Assembly: GCA_963730185.1 (NCBI GenBank)
Contig: CAVSQW010000008.1
Span: 562,426-626,425, forward strand
DNA: 64,000 nucleotides
Reading direction: 5' to 3'
DNA from: an uncultured Gemmatimonadales bacterium
GTDB lineage: Bacteria > Gemmatimonadota > Gemmatimonadetes > Gemmatimonadales > GWC2-71-9
The notes beneath the pieces are model-generated. The model saw only the letters and a list, made by a program, of their open reading frames with translations. It did no database searches and had not been told where the DNA came from. This document shows positions 62,974 to 64,000 of the stretch, piece after piece. How positions within the stretch are numbered: position 1 is the stretch's first letter; each line of letters starts with the position of its first letter. The translations under genes and the position numbers were made by a program.

Positions 62974-63783
62974 GTGGCAAAGCAATCGGGGTTGGGCCGT
63001 GGCGACTACCGCATCGTTGACCCCCAGGCCCTGGCGAGGCTGATTCGGGACCACGTCGCCACAGAGCACGGTGGGAATCTCAAGGCGGCGTATGATGCGG
63101 TCCGGAATCACGGCTCAGGCCGACGGCGCGGCCCCCCACTCAGCTATGCCCAGCTCTCCAAGCTGCGAAACGGCCGAACGAGGAGTATCAGCCGGGAAGC
63201 ACTGGATTTCTTGGAGCTGCTCCTGCCGAAGGGTTTGCATCGGTCGATCGAGGGCGCGTTACTGACCGAGGAGATGAAGAGAGCCATACGGGTCTACCGA
63301 GCCTGGCTGCGGCGGGCCCGGCCCAGGCTGGATCTGGGCTTGTTCCTCCATCTGCCGGGTTCCACCGCGCTTCGAGGATCAAGGCGGCGGAGACCCCGTC
63401 CGGAGCAGCGGGAGGAGTTTTGGGAGGCCCTCCGGTTGCTCAAGCGGGAGTGGACCACCCAATACGCCACCGAACTACGCCCCCTTCAGGCGGCCCTGCG
63501 ACGGTGCCGGGTAGCCCAGGCCCGGATTGAGTTAATTTGGTGGAGGATGCTCGCGCCTGTGCTGGCCGGGAACGTGACACGGATCGAGCGGGGTTGGGGG
63601 GAGTTGAACCCGGCAGAAAGGCTGAGGTTCGTCAAGGCCAGCGTGCAACGGGAGTGTGTCATGCTGAACCGCGAGGAGGACTACGCCCGGGCCCAGCTAC
63701 CCAGGTTGAAGCGAATCCCGCGCCCGGACGTGCCGCTCCGGCACTGGCCATTCAGTCGTTCGCCATACGATGGAGTGTACTAG
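62974..63783 (+). CDS. Hypothetical protein with N-terminal HTH-like region
   Basis: GGGGAG/GAGG upstream of GTG; LSYAQLSKLRNGRTRSIS resembles the XRE recognition helix. Confidence 0.55.
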   Translation: MAKQSGLGRGDYRIVDPQALARLIRDHVATEHGGNLKAAYDAVRNHGSGRRRGPPLSYAQLSKLRNGRTRSISREALDFLELLLPKGLHRSIEGALLTEEMKRAIRVYRAWLRRARPRLDLGLFLHLPGSTALRGSRRRRPRPEQREEFWEALRLLKREWTTQYATELRPLQAALRRCRVAQARIELIWWRMLAPVLAGNVTRIERGWGELNPAERLRFVKASVQRECVMLNREEDYARAQLPRLKRIPRPDVPLRHWPFSRSPYDGVY

Positions 63784-64000
63784 GTGTCGGAAAATGGAAA
63801 GTCTGCGGTGAAGTCTGCCGGTCGCGTCGGAAAGCCATTTGCCTCGGGGTACGATCCCCGCCGGGGCCACGGCCCAATGAAGGGGGCCCCCAACGCTGGC
63901 CGCCCCCGAATGAGTGGCGCCGGCGGATAGAGGAACTGGCCGATCGGTGGCTCCAGGCGGCCGAAATCTCGGGGGTGGTCGATTCCCCAGAGCATCCCCA

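Larger units (their letters stand above)
60637..64000. mobile_element. Left end of an integrative element/prophage inserted at tRNA-Met; far boundary outside the window
   Basis: tRNA immediately followed by int-xis-XRE; visible codon/GC shift; exact att core not determinable without the other end. Confidence 0.85.

Noticed and set aside
62549..62980. Overlapping ORFs in the element's intergenic region
   Set aside because: No RBS or motifs; low-complexity translations

Overview
High-GC bacterial chromosomal segment, most consistent with Gemmatimonadota (inferred from gene content and protein style, not from a database search). Most of the window is housekeeping: ispE, pdxJ, mce, trxA, rsmI, JAB-DinG, gltX, purH/purN, gmhB-like, selA, valS, thrS, thiolase/hbd, rpiB, glyA, nnr, thiL, plsC, eno, ftsB-like. 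It also holds three tRNAs (Ser-GCT, Ser-TGA, Met-CAT), a ~16 kb accessory block between the two tRNA-Ser genes (peptide ABC importer with an atypical M28 hydrolase, HAD-GT20 glucosylglycerol-phosphate synthase plus Na+/solute symporter, Dps, OmpW), and the left end of an integrative element at tRNA-Met (XRE-Xis-Int operon). Several genes, including essential gltX, carry indels clustered at 13-24 kb and 52.8-57 kb, most likely long-read sequencing errors. Most notable observations: (1) exported proteins are strongly enriched in the Bacteroidota O-glycosylation sequon D-(S/T)-(A/I/L/M/T/V), near a DUF2723/TMEM260-like GT-C enzyme; (2) the tyrosine integrase ORF reads through the tRNA/att site and has Glu where the first catalytic Arg is expected; (3) the glucosylglycerol synthase apparently starts at ATC. 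No CRISPR array or rRNA was seen.
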